From IMG/VR virus record IMGVR_UViG_3300046057_000051: a DNA stretch of 64,000 bases; one strand, 5' to 3'. Under the pieces are notes generated by a model. It searched no databases, was not told the DNA's origin, and saw nothing but the letters and a program-made list of their open reading frames with translations. A program made the translations under genes and the position numbers. How positions within the stretch are numbered: the first letter of the stretch is position 1; the number at the start of each line of letters is the position of its first letter. The DNA is from a virus. Positions 45,516 through 55,045 of the stretch are shown one piece after another.

Positions 45516-45527
45516 TATCTTTATGCC
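45516..45527 (+). promoter_or_regulatory. Putative TATA box upstream of the tRNA
   Basis: TATCTTTATG in GC-rich non-coding DNA between the array end and the tRNA. Confidence 0.35.
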
Positions 45528-45638
45528 CCGTGCGCCGCTCCGCCCCACTGTGCGGCGCACGCTACCGGACAGCGGGGACACGCTCACCCGAACGCGAGGG
45601 CGACACCCACAAGACGCGCCCACCACACGACCCACCGT

Positions 45639-45788
45639 AGCCCTGTAGTGTAGCGGCCAAACACCCCGGCCCTTGAACGGGACCGCCCGACGCTGCTCGC
45701 ACACCAGCGCCGGGTTGCACCATCCCCGGTCCCCCCGGGCGGCCCCGGACGAAAGCCGGCGCCCGAGGTTCAAATCCTCGCAGGGCTA
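45639..45788 (+). tRNA. tRNA-Gln(UUG)-like gene with a 77-nt intron at position 37/38
   Basis: Acceptor AGCCCTG/CAGGGCT (A1-U72), D arm GTGT/ACAC, anticodon stem CCGGC/GCCGG, TTG at 45673-45675, T arm CGAGG-TTCAAAT-CCTCG, intron 45677-45753 with bulge-helix-bulge geometry. C at position 33; CCA not encoded. Confidence 0.85.
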
Positions 45789-45831
45789 TCCGAGGGCACC
45801 GACGCCACCCACGTCCACCCCTCACCCACCC

Positions 45832-46077
45832 ATGACAGACAACAACGCACCCGACGGCACCGAAATCGTCGTCGCGCGCGACTACGAGAACGACGCCGTC
45901 GTCGTCGAAACCCCGAACCACGAACAACGACTCGCCCCCACCGCAGCGCGACAGTTCGCCAACCTCATGGAAGTCGGCGATAAACTCCCCGCCTCGCCGT
46001 TCAGCGGCACCGGCCGCCTCGCCGACGAACTCAAACGCGCCGCCGACGACGTAGCGGACGCCGAGGGCAGCGAATGA
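45832..46077 (+). CDS. Hypothetical protein
   Basis: MTDNNAPDG start at 45832. Confidence 0.7.
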   Translation: MTDNNAPDGTEIVVARDYENDAVVVETPNHEQRLAPTAARQFANLMEVGDKLPASPFSGTGRLADELKRAADDVADAEGSE

Positions 46078-46253
46078 CCGACGGCACGACCGGCCGCCCG
46101 ACGGACGACCAGCGCCGCACATGCATGGTGTGTGACCCGCCCGAACGGATAGCGGGCCGATTCAAGCGAACCGGCGGCGACCTCTCCAAACTCTCGTACT
46201 GCGGTCGCCACGGGCCGCGCGACCTCCGTCGCGCGCTGGAGGCCGAGCGATGA
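46074..46253 (+). CDS. 59-aa Cys/His micro-protein
   Basis: CMVC...CGRH; ATGA-coupled on both sides. Confidence 0.6.
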   Translation: MTDGTTGRPTDDQRRTCMVCDPPERIAGRFKRTGGDLSKLSYCGRHGPRDLRRALEAER

Positions 46254-46780
46254 CGCTCGAAATCGACAGCGGCGACGTTCCCACCCCGCTGTTGGAGCGC
46301 GGGGATTTCGTCCGACTGAACCACCCGCACACGCCCGCCACGATGAGCGGCACCGCCGAGCCCGCCGCCGTCGCGCTCGCCCGCGAACGCATCGACCCCA
46401 CACGCGAGGCGTTCCCGTATGACGCCGTCGAGGACGCCACCCCCCCGGTGCTGCGAGACTACACCGACGGCGTGTTCGACTACACCCACGGCACCATCAT
46501 CGAGGTCATCTCCCGGTACCCCGCCCGGTACCACGACGCCGCCGGCGGCCCGCCGCAGCGCGTCGCGCTCGTCCCGTTCAACCCCGCGACCGGCGTACTG
46601 TGCCTCTGGAGCCACCCGACCGGACGCGGGATGCCGAAGCCCATCGACTGCCACGCCAGCGACCTCGTCCTCGTCGGCAAACACGACGAGCTACGCAGCC
46701 CCGACAGGTACGACATCCCCATCGCCGACGTGTATAGCGAGTGGGGTATCGAGGACCTCGGCATCCCGGAGGACGAGTGA
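46250..46780 (+). CDS. Hypothetical protein
   Basis: 176 aa, coupled start. Confidence 0.75.
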   Translation: MTLEIDSGDVPTPLLERGDFVRLNHPHTPATMSGTAEPAAVALARERIDPTREAFPYDAVEDATPPVLRDYTDGVFDYTHGTIIEVISRYPARYHDAAGGPPQRVALVPFNPATGVLCLWSHPTGRGMPKPIDCHASDLVLVGKHDELRSPDRYDIPIADVYSEWGIEDLGIPEDE

Positions 46781-46783
46781 ACG

Positions 46784-47077
46784 ATGGCCGAGGAGCCCCG
46801 CGGCGAATACACGCGGCTGCGGGCGGACATCCAACTCGGCGACGGCATCGACCGCCGCGGCGAAGTCACCATCGAGGTCGTCCGCGCCATCGACACCGAG
46901 AGCGAAAAGCGGCGCACGCGCTCCGTCGTCCTTCCCGATGAATCGACGCTCCAGACCGAGACATCGGACGAGGTGTTCGCGGAGTTCTACTTCGAGTGCG
47001 GCCGCGCCACCCGCGCCCTACAGGAACGCCTCGGCCTCCGCCACGCGGGCGACGACGCTGAGGACGGCGACGAGTAG
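46784..47077 (+). CDS. Hypothetical protein
   Basis: 97 aa acidic ORF. Confidence 0.7.
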   Translation: MAEEPRGEYTRLRADIQLGDGIDRRGEVTIEVVRAIDTESEKRRTRSVVLPDESTLQTETSDEVFAEFYFECGRATRALQERLGLRHAGDDAEDGDE

Positions 47078-47173
47078 ACGGACGCGGGCCCCTCCGAGTC
47101 GGTAACGCAGGGTGCATCTCCCTGCGGGGGCGTCTGGTTCCCGGTCATCCACCGGAAAAACCGGGTGGTACCT

Positions 47174-48640
47174 ATGGAGACGACTGACGACACCCACGCC
47201 GGCTCGGCGGCCGGCAGCGACGACGAGCGCATCGGCGGGCAACCAATCGACGGCGACGGACACTACCCGTTCGCGGGCCTCTCCAGATACGACGAGGACG
47301 TGGACGCGCTGGCGCTCCCGGAGGGCGTCTGGAGCGACACGTCCTCGATGAATCACTGGGCACAGACCAAACGCGGCGTCGAGCGCGACCTCGACGCGGG
47401 CGTCCTCCCGGAGCGCGGCCTCAACACCATCATCCCCGAACTCCCCCGCGCGAACCACGCCCAGGCGGCGTGGATACACCCCCGCACCGGGACGGTCTAC
47501 CGGACCGGCAAGCACAACGCCGTCATCGACCCCGAGCGAGCCGAGGCGGCCGTCGATGGCTACGGCAGCTACCCGGAAGCCATCGCCGACGTGACCGGCC
47601 GCGACCAGACGACCGTCGAATCGGACCTCGCGGAGATGTCGCTGGACGACTACATGGACGAGTGCCTCGTCGAGAGCCAGCGCGAATCGGTCGAGGACGC
47701 CGGCGTCGGCGACGACGCCCTGTTCCAAATCGCGGGCGAGGACCACTCCATCATCAACCCCCAGCAGCCGATGGAGGAACTCGTCGCCGAACTCCAGGCG
47801 CGCGACTACGCCGACAAAGTGTTCGGCGAAGTCACCATCGACCGCGACGGCGGCCGCGGGACCCTGGACGCCTACATCGACGGCAACCACGTCGAATCCC
47901 CCGTGTTCGCCGACGAGCGCGAACCCGTCGTCGTCGGCATCCAACTCCAGTGGTCGTTCTTCGACGACTGGGCGTTCCGCGTCTGCGGCCAGGGCCTCGA
48001 CTGGCACTGCACGAACCACATCCATCGCTTGACGGACCGCGAAACCGTCAGGTACGCCGGCGACATCGAGCGCCGCGTCGATTGGCGCGAGATGTTCAGC
48101 GACGTACTCGACCGGCTCGACGAGAAAACCGACCAACTCGCCCGCATCATCCAGGCAGCAGCGGACGAGACGCTGGACTTCAACGACCTCCCCGCCGACC
48201 TCGACGCCGAGTTCAGCGACGAGGAGGCGGCGCCGTGGACGGCCCTGTACGCCTACCTCGGGCTCCCGAACTATCTCGCCCGCCACGCCGGCCCCCGGTT
48301 GCGCTCGCAGGCCGGCGATGCGTATGAGCCGGACTGGTGGGAAATCCATTCCGCGGCGACGTATGCGGTCTCCCACCACGACCAGGGCGACCGGACGGCG
48401 GGTGGGTCGTTCGAGGACCACGCCCGCGTGGCGAACGACATGCTGTTCAACCCCGCCCGGATGGAGGACCGCGTCGTCGAGAACTACGAGGCTGACCGGC
48501 GGACAGACGACCAGGGGACGCTCGCCGAGGAGGACGGCGGCACCGCGGAGATACGGACGGCGTTCGAGGACACCCGCGAGAAACAGCAGCGGTTCGAGGA
48601 GTGGGAGGCGGAGTTGAAAGAGATGGGCGTCGAGGTGTAA
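47174..48640 (+). CDS. DUF932/DUF945-like domain protein
   Basis: HSIINPQ, GIQLQWS...CTNH, WWEIHSAATYAVSH resemble the family pattern. Confidence 0.55.
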   Translation: METTDDTHAGSAAGSDDERIGGQPIDGDGHYPFAGLSRYDEDVDALALPEGVWSDTSSMNHWAQTKRGVERDLDAGVLPERGLNTIIPELPRANHAQAAWIHPRTGTVYRTGKHNAVIDPERAEAAVDGYGSYPEAIADVTGRDQTTVESDLAEMSLDDYMDECLVESQRESVEDAGVGDDALFQIAGEDHSIINPQQPMEELVAELQARDYADKVFGEVTIDRDGGRGTLDAYIDGNHVESPVFADEREPVVVGIQLQWSFFDDWAFRVCGQGLDWHCTNHIHRLTDRETVRYAGDIERRVDWREMFSDVLDRLDEKTDQLARIIQAAADETLDFNDLPADLDAEFSDEEAAPWTALYAYLGLPNYLARHAGPRLRSQAGDAYEPDWWEIHSAATYAVSHHDQGDRTAGGSFEDHARVANDMLFNPARMEDRVVENYEADRRTDDQGTLAEEDGGTAEIRTAFEDTREKQQRFEEWEAELKEMGVEV

Positions 48641-48903
48641 CCACACCCAGCCCGGGGGTTTATCCGCCCGGGGCGAGTACGCATCGGCGGCGGCGGCCTA
48701 TCCGTCCGTCGCCGGACTGCTCGTCGGAGTCACGCCCGGCCTCGCCGTATCCCGCCCCGGGGGCGTCACCCACCCCCCGATTCCCGCTCCACAACACGAC
48801 ACCCCCGGGGGGCCATTGACTTGACAGCCGCCTCGTAGCGTCTCGACCGCCGAATGGCAGGCCACCCGATAAACCTACACGACCCGAGCGAGACGTATCA
48901 CGC

Positions 48904-49809
48904 ATGACCAGCGACGGGATATTCCAACCGCTCGTCGGGCACTCCGGCGCGAAAGCCATCCTGCGCTCGTCGCTCCGACAGGGCACCGTCCACGTCCTCC
49001 TGTCGGGGCCGCCGGCGAGCGGGAAATCCGTCGCGCTGCTCGCCATCGAGGACGCCGTCCCGAACGCCCGCTACGTCGAAGGCCGCGGCCTCACCGAGCG
49101 CAAGCTCCGCGACATCCTCTCGGAGAACCCGGCGGCGCTGTTGCTCGACGAGTTCGACAACATGATACCGGCGGCGTACCACGCGCTCAACACCGCCTTA
49201 GAGCAAGGCCGCGTCACCAAGAGCGTCACCGGCGAGGAGTACGACTACGCCATCGACACCCAGGTCGTCGCGGCGTGCAACGACCACCACGACGCCCCAC
49301 GGGACGTAAGGGACCGTTTCGTCGATGTCCCGTTCGAGGCGTATGACCGCGGCGAGTTCATCGACGTATGCGAAGTCCTGCTCCCCCAGCAGGTCCCGTG
49401 GGTCGAAGCCGACGACGCGCCGGCCGAGACCGCCCGCGACATCGCCGACACCGTCTGGCGCCACATGGATACGCGCTCCCCCAGGAAAGCCCGCGACGCC
49501 GCGCGACTCGCCGGCGCCCCAGGCCGCGTCGAACCCATCGTCCACGCGATGACCGACCCGAAAGCCGACGTGGACAGCGAGCCACTGTACCCCGACGAAC
49601 TCCCACACCACGACCACGACCCGACGCCGGAAGCCGGCGACGGCGACGGCCGACCCCGCGTCCCCGACGGCGACGACCCCCGCGACTACTACGACGAGCG
49701 AGTCGTCGCCGAAGTCGAAGCCGCCCTGGAGGACGCCGGCCGTCCACCCAGCACCGATACCGTCCGCGAGATACTCAACAGCAGGTCAACCACCCATGTC
49801 CAGCTTTGA
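48904..49809 (+). CDS. AAA+ ATPase (RuvB/MoxR-like)
   Basis: Walker A GPPASGKS, Walker B LLLDEFD, sensor VAACN, Arg finger DRF. Confidence 0.9.
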   Translation: MTSDGIFQPLVGHSGAKAILRSSLRQGTVHVLLSGPPASGKSVALLAIEDAVPNARYVEGRGLTERKLRDILSENPAALLLDEFDNMIPAAYHALNTALEQGRVTKSVTGEEYDYAIDTQVVAACNDHHDAPRDVRDRFVDVPFEAYDRGEFIDVCEVLLPQQVPWVEADDAPAETARDIADTVWRHMDTRSPRKARDAARLAGAPGRVEPIVHAMTDPKADVDSEPLYPDELPHHDHDPTPEAGDGDGRPRVPDGDDPRDYYDERVVAEVEAALEDAGRPPSTDTVREILNSRSTTHVQL

Positions 49810-50581
49810 CGACGACGCCATCGACGAACTGTTCGATAAACTCGAAACGCTCCAGACGGACGACGACACCGTCGGCGACGACGACGCCGACGTGGGGGCG
49901 CTCGAACGCATGGCGATGATGGGCGGCGACCCCAGCGACCTCCCGCTCACCTACGACGACGCCGTCGTAGACCTCGACGACGACGACCGCACCGACATCG
50001 ACGCGATGCGCGACTCGTTCCGCGAGACCACAGACGACGACACGGACGACGACGACGACGCCGACGACGACGCCGCGGAGCCACGCGGGTCCACGAGCGG
50101 GCAACTCGCCGCCATCGACGCCGCCGGCCCCGTGGACATCTACATCAACCCCGTCGTCGTCGATACCGTCCGGCGGACCGAACAGCCGAGCGCCGGCGAG
50201 GACGACGGCGCCGTCCAGGACTACATCGCGTCGATGGACGACGCCCTGGAAATCCATTACGACGACGACGACACCGACACCGTCCACGCCGCCGTCGCCG
50301 AAACCATGCACCCGACGGAGGAGCAACTCCGCGAAGACCCCGATAAAACCATCACGAAAGACTCCCTCATGTGGTTCACGTACCCGTCGGCTCACGACGA
50401 CTGGGACCACTGTAAAACGTTTTTGCTCTCCCGCGAAGGCGACGCGAAATACCTCCACGAACGCGGCCCCTGGACCAACCCCCGGTTCAACGTCCAAGAC
50501 CTCATCGACACCCTCGCCTCGAAACCCTACAGCCACCCGGACGGCGTCGCCGTCGCCGCCCGCGTCACACCCTTCAAGTAA
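49796..50581 (+). CDS. Highly acidic hypothetical protein
   Basis: 261 aa with poly-Asp tracts. Confidence 0.75.
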   Translation: MSSFDDDAIDELFDKLETLQTDDDTVGDDDADVGALERMAMMGGDPSDLPLTYDDAVVDLDDDDRTDIDAMRDSFRETTDDDTDDDDDADDDAAEPRGSTSGQLAAIDAAGPVDIYINPVVVDTVRRTEQPSAGEDDGAVQDYIASMDDALEIHYDDDDTDTVHAAVAETMHPTEEQLREDPDKTITKDSLMWFTYPSAHDDWDHCKTFLLSREGDAKYLHERGPWTNPRFNVQDLIDTLASKPYSHPDGVAVAARVTPFK

Positions 50582-50612
50582 CCCCGGCGACACACCACCA
50601 CACACCCCACGC

Positions 50613-50993
50613 ATGACCGGCAACGGCGACGTGCCCCGCGAAGAACTCGGCCACGGGCTCAGACGCGACATCTTCTCACACCTCCTCCACTCCGGCGACC
50701 CCTACACCCCGACGGAACTCGGCGACGAACTCGACGAGAGCCGCGAACAAATCCATTACCACCTCTCGACGCTCGTCCAGATGGGCGTCGTCGTCAGCGA
50801 CGACGGCGCCTACCGCTCCCAGGACATCTTCCACGACCCGAACTTCCTATCGGCCGTCGTCGGCGCCGTCTCCTCACTCCGCCCGCTCGCCGAACAACTC
50901 GTCGAACTCGACGACGAACTCGACGACGACGACACCGAGACCGTCGTGATGAACTGCCTCCGACTCGCCGTCGCAATGGAAATCAACACATAA
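50613..50993 (+). CDS. Winged HTH transcriptional regulator (ArsR-like)
   Basis: TPTELGDELDESREQIHYHLSTLVQMGVV. Confidence 0.85.
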   Translation: MTGNGDVPREELGHGLRRDIFSHLLHSGDPYTPTELGDELDESREQIHYHLSTLVQMGVVVSDDGAYRSQDIFHDPNFLSAVVGAVSSLRPLAEQLVELDDELDDDDTETVVMNCLRLAVAMEINT

Positions 50994-51064
50994 CCCCCGC
51001 CGCCACGAACCACCACGCGGCGACAGCGGGAGATTCAAGGCAGCCCCGTGAGACACCCGGGCGT

Positions 51065-52297
51065 ATGCGGATACTATACCACGGGACCTCCCCAGGCGTC
51101 CCCACCGGGTTCGGCCAACACACCAAACGCCTCCTCGACCGCCTCACCCGCGACCACACCGTCGGATTCCTCCCCAGCGGCAGCCTCACCCCCGGCGACG
51201 TAACGTACCACGACATCCCCGTCCACCACCCCGCGATGACGCTGTCCAACATCGAAAGCGTCCGATACTGGCAGCGCGAAGGCAACTACGACGTAGTCAT
51301 CTCCCACAGCGGCCACTGGTCGAACGCCGACGACTGGCAACGCCTCCACGACGACGACATCCCACTCATCTGCTACAGCGTCGTAGACCAACAAGCCCCC
51401 GGCGGCCGACTCCCAATCAAATGCAAGCAAGCGCTCGACGGTTGCTTCATGCCCGTATTCCACTCCGAGTTCGCCACCGAACTCGCCGACAACACCCCAC
51501 CGCCGCGCGACCAGTACCGCCACATCCCCCACGGCGTCGATAGCGACGTGTATGACGACGTAACCGGCGTCGTCGAGCAACCCGAACTGAAGGAACCACT
51601 CGGCATCGAGCCCGACGACACCCTCTACACCATCGTCGGCGGGAACAACGGCACCCGCGAGAACATGCCCGAACAGATGCACGCCTTCACGCGATTCGTC
51701 GAAGCCGAAGGTGCCGAGGACGCCTACCTGTACGTCCACGCCCACCCCCGGCACGGGAACGGCCACGACCTCTACGACGTGCGACGCCTCCTCGACATGC
51801 CCGACCGGATTCTCCTGCCCGACGAAGCCGACATGGCCCACGGCATCAACGTCGGCACGATGGTCCGCGTCTACAACGCCACCGACGTACTCCTGGCGAT
51901 GTCCCGAGCCGACAGTTGGGGACTCACCGTCACCGAAGCGATGATGACCGGGACCGCCGTCATCGGCGCGAACCACAGCGCAATGCCCGAACAGTTCGAC
52001 CGCCCGCCGCGGACGCCGATGGACCGCGACCAGCCGTATGTAGCGACCGACCACGGCCTGCTCGTCAACCGCGGCAGCGTCGAGTGGTCCCAGCGACAAC
52101 GCGCCTACCGATTCCTCCCCCACATCGAGGACATGCAAGCCGCCATCACCCGGTACTACAACACCCCGAGCGAACGCGCCGCCCACGCCGACGCCGCCCA
52201 CCGCCGAGCGCGCACGCGATACGACATGGACCACCTCTACGAGACCGAATGGCAGCCCCTCATCCGCGACGCCGCACGGCGCGTCACGAGCGAGTAG
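51065..52297 (+). CDS. GT4 (GT-B) glycosyltransferase
   Basis: TGFG, IPHGVD, YNATDVLLAMSRADSWGLTVTEAMMTG..VI. Confidence 0.9.
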   Translation: MRILYHGTSPGVPTGFGQHTKRLLDRLTRDHTVGFLPSGSLTPGDVTYHDIPVHHPAMTLSNIESVRYWQREGNYDVVISHSGHWSNADDWQRLHDDDIPLICYSVVDQQAPGGRLPIKCKQALDGCFMPVFHSEFATELADNTPPPRDQYRHIPHGVDSDVYDDVTGVVEQPELKEPLGIEPDDTLYTIVGGNNGTRENMPEQMHAFTRFVEAEGAEDAYLYVHAHPRHGNGHDLYDVRRLLDMPDRILLPDEADMAHGINVGTMVRVYNATDVLLAMSRADSWGLTVTEAMMTGTAVIGANHSAMPEQFDRPPRTPMDRDQPYVATDHGLLVNRGSVEWSQRQRAYRFLPHIEDMQAAITRYYNTPSERAAHADAAHRRARTRYDMDHLYETEWQPLIRDAARRVTSE

Positions 52298-52353
52298 CTA
52301 CCCCGCCGGCTCGAAGAAAACGCGGTGACGCGACGACGGCGCTGCGGCCGCCG

Positions 52354-52575
52354 TTAGCTGCACTCGTTCGAGATGGACGAGAACGCTTCCCGGACTTCCG
52401 CCTGCCCGGCGAAGTCCATGTCCTTCATCTTGTCACCGACGCACTGCTGGTGAGCGATGAGGTCCTCGCTGGTCTGGACCGCCCGCCCCGAGCGGATGTA
52501 CGTCGGCTGGCTCCCCTCAGGGTCCACGGGAATCATCTGGGACAGTACGAGGTCTACAGCACTCTTTCGTGCCAT
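52354..52575 (-). CDS. Small hypothetical protein
   Basis: MARKSAVD start inside the 52354-52638 ORF. Confidence 0.5.
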   Translation of the reverse strand: MARKSAVDLVLSQMIPVDPEGSQPTYIRSGRAVQTSEDLIAHQQCVGDKMKDMDFAGQAEVREAFSSISNECS

Positions 52576-52638
52576 ACGAGACACTAATACCGACGATGGG
52601 TAATAAACCATCGTGAGAATAGTTTTTAATGGGTCCAC

Positions 52639-52860
52639 TCAGCCGCCGGATACGTCTTTCTCCAGGACCGCCACCTCGATAGCGTCACCATCGTTAATCG
52701 GCGACACGTACAACTCCTGACCCGGCTCGATGTCCGCCACGAACTCACCCACCCGCCGCTCGACGACCTCCATCCACGCCCCATCCTCCGCCTCGACCGG
52801 CACCACGAGTTTCTTCCCCTCATACACCACCCGGTCCCGGCGGCTACTCGGTGAGGACAC
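52639..52860 (-). CDS. Small hypothetical protein
   Basis: 73 aa acidic ORF in an operon. Confidence 0.55.
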   Translation of the reverse strand: MSSPSSRRDRVVYEGKKLVVPVEAEDGAWMEVVERRVGEFVADIEPGQELYVSPINDGDAIEVAVLEKDVSGG

Positions 52861-53161
52861 GAGCGCCCTCGCCCCCGACGGCGACGATTGCCGGCACCCC
52901 GACGACGCCGTGGTCCACCATCAGTTCGACCGCACGGTCGCTCTCCTGGATGTTCAACTGCTCGACGTTCCCCGCCCGTATCTGCTCGTCGAGCGCGAGC
53001 TTCGCCACCGCGCACGCCGGACACGCCGGCTCCGTCAACAGATACACGTCCTCGTCGGTCCCGCCGGTCAACGTCGCCCGTACCGCCTCGACATCCTCCC
53101 GGTCGATACCGTCCAGCGAGACCGCCGCCGCGTCCGCATCCGGCGCGTCACTCGGCGACAT
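52844..53161 (-). CDS. Glutaredoxin/thioredoxin-fold protein
   Basis: CPAC active site and cis-Pro loop GVPAI. Confidence 0.8.
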   Translation of the reverse strand: MSPSDAPDADAAAVSLDGIDREDVEAVRATLTGGTDEDVYLLTEPACPACAVAKLALDEQIRAGNVEQLNIQESDRAVELMVDHGVVGVPAIVAVGGEGARVLTE

Positions 53162-53963
53162 AGTAATCACCGTCGTGTTCGACGACGAGCGCCGGTAACT
53201 CGCCGACATCGGCATCCTCCACGATGTCCTGCGCCTCCACGTCCATCTTCACGTCCGCCGACTTCACCAAACCCTCCTGGATTTCATCCTCGAACGTATC
53301 CATCCACTGCTGGCTCGTCTCGTCGTTCGCCTCGACGAGCAGCCATATCTGTTCAGCGCCGTCGCTCTTGGCGATAGCCCGCAGATTGCCCTCGTCCAGT
53401 TCCTCACCCACGTCGATACCCCCCCCGCCCCCACCGCCACCATCACCATCGTCGTCGCCGCCGTCGTCGTCGTCGCCGTCGCCGCCGGCCTGCTCGACGC
53501 CGAGTTCCGACGCAAGCGACTGGCAGTCACCGGGCCCCAGCCGCGGCGCCGGCTCCGCACTCATACAGTCCGACATGAACGCCGAGTTCGACGACGTGTC
53601 GAACAACTCCCCGGCCTCCTCGGCCGTGACCGCCTCCGGGTCGCTCTCGTCCGCCGGCTCGTCCGCTGCGGCGTCCGCCTCGGCGTCCTCGTCCGGTATC
53701 GAGTCATCGTCCGCGTCCCCGTCGGAACCGCCTGAGCCGCCGCTCGTGGACGCTGACGCGGTCGTGGTCTCGGTCGTCGCGTCCATCTCCATGCCGGCGT
53801 CGTTCACCCGTTGCTCCATCGCCTCGTCCAACTCCGTCTCGAACCGCTCGAAGTCGATGTCGATGTCGTCGTCAGTCATCCGAATGGTCTCCTCGCTCAC
53901 CGTTGTCTTGGTCTCCTTGTTCCGGCGTTTGATGACGAGCGCGTCCTCGTCGGTCTCGACCAT
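53148..53963 (-). CDS. Acidic protein with a C-terminal Cys-less thioredoxin-like fold
   Basis: IWLLVEANDETSQQW...GELPALVV; central SDCM...CQ pair; Gly/Asp linkers. Confidence 0.6.
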   Translation of the reverse strand: MVETDEDALVIKRRNKETKTTVSEETIRMTDDDIDIDFERFETELDEAMEQRVNDAGMEMDATTETTTASASTSGGSGGSDGDADDDSIPDEDAEADAAADEPADESDPEAVTAEEAGELFDTSSNSAFMSDCMSAEPAPRLGPGDCQSLASELGVEQAGGDGDDDDGGDDDGDGGGGGGGGIDVGEELDEGNLRAIAKSDGAEQIWLLVEANDETSQQWMDTFEDEIQEGLVKSADVKMDVEAQDIVEDADVGELPALVVEHDGDYYVAE

Positions 53964-53966
53964 CCC

Positions 53967-54350
53967 TCACTCCTCCGTCCCGATGTTCGCCGTTTTCGCG
54001 CGAGCCTCGCCCCACGCCATATCCAGGGCCTCGCCGAGATTCCCGGCGTCGTCCTCCTCGTACAGCCGCCACGCCCGGCAGAACACCCACTCGTTCATCC
54101 GTCGCGGGTCGCCCGCAACGGATTCCGTGACGCCGTCGGCGCGGACCGCCGCGCAGTCGGGGTCGTCCTCCTCGCCGGTGATGCCGAGCATCATCCGTAG
54201 CTGTTCTTTCATCGCTTCGTCGCCGGCGCACTTCTCGGCCGCCTGCTCCAGCGCCACCTCCGTCACGAGCCGGCATTTATCCCGCTCCTGGGTGTCGTCG
54301 GCCGGCCCCGCCTGTTCGCCCGTGGTCTCGCCGTCCGCGGTGTCACTCAT
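53967..54350 (-). CDS. Cys-containing helical hypothetical protein
   Basis: 127 aa with four Cys. Confidence 0.7.
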   Translation of the reverse strand: MSDTADGETTGEQAGPADDTQERDKCRLVTEVALEQAAEKCAGDEAMKEQLRMMLGITGEEDDPDCAAVRADGVTESVAGDPRRMNEWVFCRAWRLYEEDDAGNLGEALDMAWGEARAKTANIGTEE

Positions 54351-54412
54351 ACACGAGCTATGCCCCCGGCGAGGCTTTTAGTTTGGGGGCCCGTAGCCGC
54401 GGGTGAGAGAGC

Positions 54413-54694
54413 ATGACGGACGAGAGCCTGGAGTTGGTCTATAGCTCGGATTGTCCGTACTGTCGGGCGGCGGTGCGGGCGGTCCGTGTCGCTGACGTGC
54501 AGGGCGAGGTGCGGGTGACGCCTATCGAGTCCGAGCGCGGCGAGCGACTGGTCCGGGACCACCACGGCGAGTACCGGCACGTCCCGCACCTGTTCACGGA
54601 GGACCTCGTGTACTATGGCGTGGGACCGACGTTCCGGGGGTTGGCGCTGGAACTCCCGGCGACGTTTCTGTCGGGCTCGGGGAAAGGGCCTTGA
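54413..54694 (+). CDS. DCC1/DUF393-like thiol-disulfide oxidoreductase
   Basis: LVYSSDCPYC at the N-terminus. Confidence 0.75.
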   Translation: MTDESLELVYSSDCPYCRAAVRAVRVADVQGEVRVTPIESERGERLVRDHHGEYRHVPHLFTEDLVYYGVGPTFRGLALELPATFLSGSGKGP

Positions 54695-55045
54695 CCGCGC
54701 CGCTCGAACGACGGGCCATGCCGAGTGACGCCGACGATAACTGTAAGGACGAGGACAAGTCATTCCTACAGAACCTCAAAGACTGCATGGGCGCCGGCGA
54801 GAGCGGCGTCGAACGCCGCGACTGACCACCGACAGCCCCAACACCGGGGGCGAAGCCCGAGACGCCGTTTTTCGACGGGCTCACCACCCCCAGCCGCCCG
54901 TTCTGATTGAAGGCCGGTCTTGGTGGTTTTCCCCCCGTTGACCCCAGGGGTAGCGTCGATGTCAGCCGCTCCGTCTCGGGGTTTCCCAGCACACCAGCCC
55001 GAACCCGCCCACAGCTTCTTGACCACCGCCTCACAACGACACCGC

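Noticed and set aside
45639-45788. tRNA-Ser(UGA) reading of the anticodon
   Set aside because: It would restore U33 but breaks the anticodon stem and BHB register, and there is no long variable arm; A1-U72 and the D loop fit Gln.
49800-50300. (GAC)n microsatellites
   Set aside because: They are poly-Asp codons within acidic proteins.
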